A DNA stretch of 32,000 nt from Acaryochloris thomasi RCC1774. Its GTDB lineage: Bacteria > Cyanobacteriota > Cyanobacteriia > Thermosynechococcales > Thermosynechococcaceae. Both the position numbers and the translations under genes were made by a program. The notes beneath the pieces are model-generated. The model did not search any database, was not told where the DNA came from, and saw nothing but the letters and a program-made list of their open reading frames with translations. Where the stretch lies: positions 60,001 through 92,000 of the forward strand of contig NZ_PQWO01000012.1 in assembly GCF_003231495.1 (NCBI RefSeq). The letters run 5' to 3'. Shown one piece after another: positions 31,851 to 32,000 of the stretch. How positions within the stretch are numbered: position 1 is the stretch's first letter; each line of letters opens with the position of its first letter.

Positions 31851-32000
31851 CTACATCAGAGGATATTGGTGTTGCACCCATTGCTCGGCTGTCGCTCGGT
31901 CCCGCAAAGTACCGTCGACCATTTCCGCCCATAGCTCCGACAGCATCTGCTTAAACTGCTGTCCCGGCTGATATCCGAGGCGAATTAAATCGGAACCATT
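31851..32000 (-). CDS. C-terminal end of a CCA tRNA nucleotidyltransferase / poly(A) polymerase family protein (gene runs off the right edge)
   Basis: The minus-strand frame is open from 32000 to a TAG at 31851-31853: NGSDLIRLGYQPGQQFKQMLSELWAEMVDGTLRDRATAEQWVQHQYPLM. This resembles the C-terminal G.DL..lG..pG...g..L..l....ldG tail of CCA-adding enzymes. Only 49 aa are visible. Confidence 0.45.
   Translation of the reverse strand, partial: NGSDLIRLGYQPGQQFKQMLSELWAEMVDGTLRDRATAEQWVQHQYPLM

Noticed and set aside
1-32000. Search for tRNA or rRNA genes, CRISPR arrays, IS elements, integrases and recognisable phage or defence cassettes (restriction-modification, TA pairs, CBASS-like)
   Set aside because: I saw no T-loop or acceptor-stem patterns, no regularly spaced identical repeats with unique spacers, no transposase or integrase ORFs and no terminal inverted repeats. 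The only STAND-type protein carries a transcriptional rather than a nuclease or other toxic effector domain.

Overview
This window looks like a cyanobacterial chromosome segment. A manual scan found 24 perfect HIP1 octamers (GCGATCGC), and the gene content fits: infC, hisIE, an arsM/arsS arsenosugar pair, HLIP-like one-helix proteins, a Pilin_GH-type lipoprotein and an EGY-like M50 protease. I support about 34 protein-coding genes, mostly on the minus strand. I saw no rRNA, tRNA, CRISPR array, transposase or integrase. All domain calls come from motif recognition by eye; no searches were run.

The dominant feature is a 6.5-kb ORF (5245..11772, minus strand, 2175 aa). It reads as a SARP-type DNA-binding activator (wHTH+BTAD) followed by NB-ARC, pentapeptide repeats and 14 WD40 repeats. 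This is fused in frame to a second AAA_16/TPR STAND module.

The best candidate for an undescribed system is regulatory. Two promoters flanking this gene carry near-identical arrays of 11-bp direct repeats (gene-sense TTTGGGAACGC). In each, the proximal repeat lies exactly 9 nt from a TAnnnT -10 box, which is the classic SARP/OmpR-type activator geometry. One promoter drives a diiron oxygenase gene. The other drives a methyltransferase, GNAT and degenerate HMGL/IPMS-like operon. A weaker third copy with the same geometry sits upstream of an adjacent secreted-protein gene.

Other points of interest:
- a tight arsM-arsS-TVP38-TVP38 operon
- a tandem duplicate of a 56-aa HLIP-like gene that differs only by six synonymous changes
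- infC with an AUC start codon
- a signal peptide encoded upstream of any canonical start codon
- a probable LysR-type gene remnant
- two atypical MBL-fold paralogs flanking a REC-GGDEF regulator
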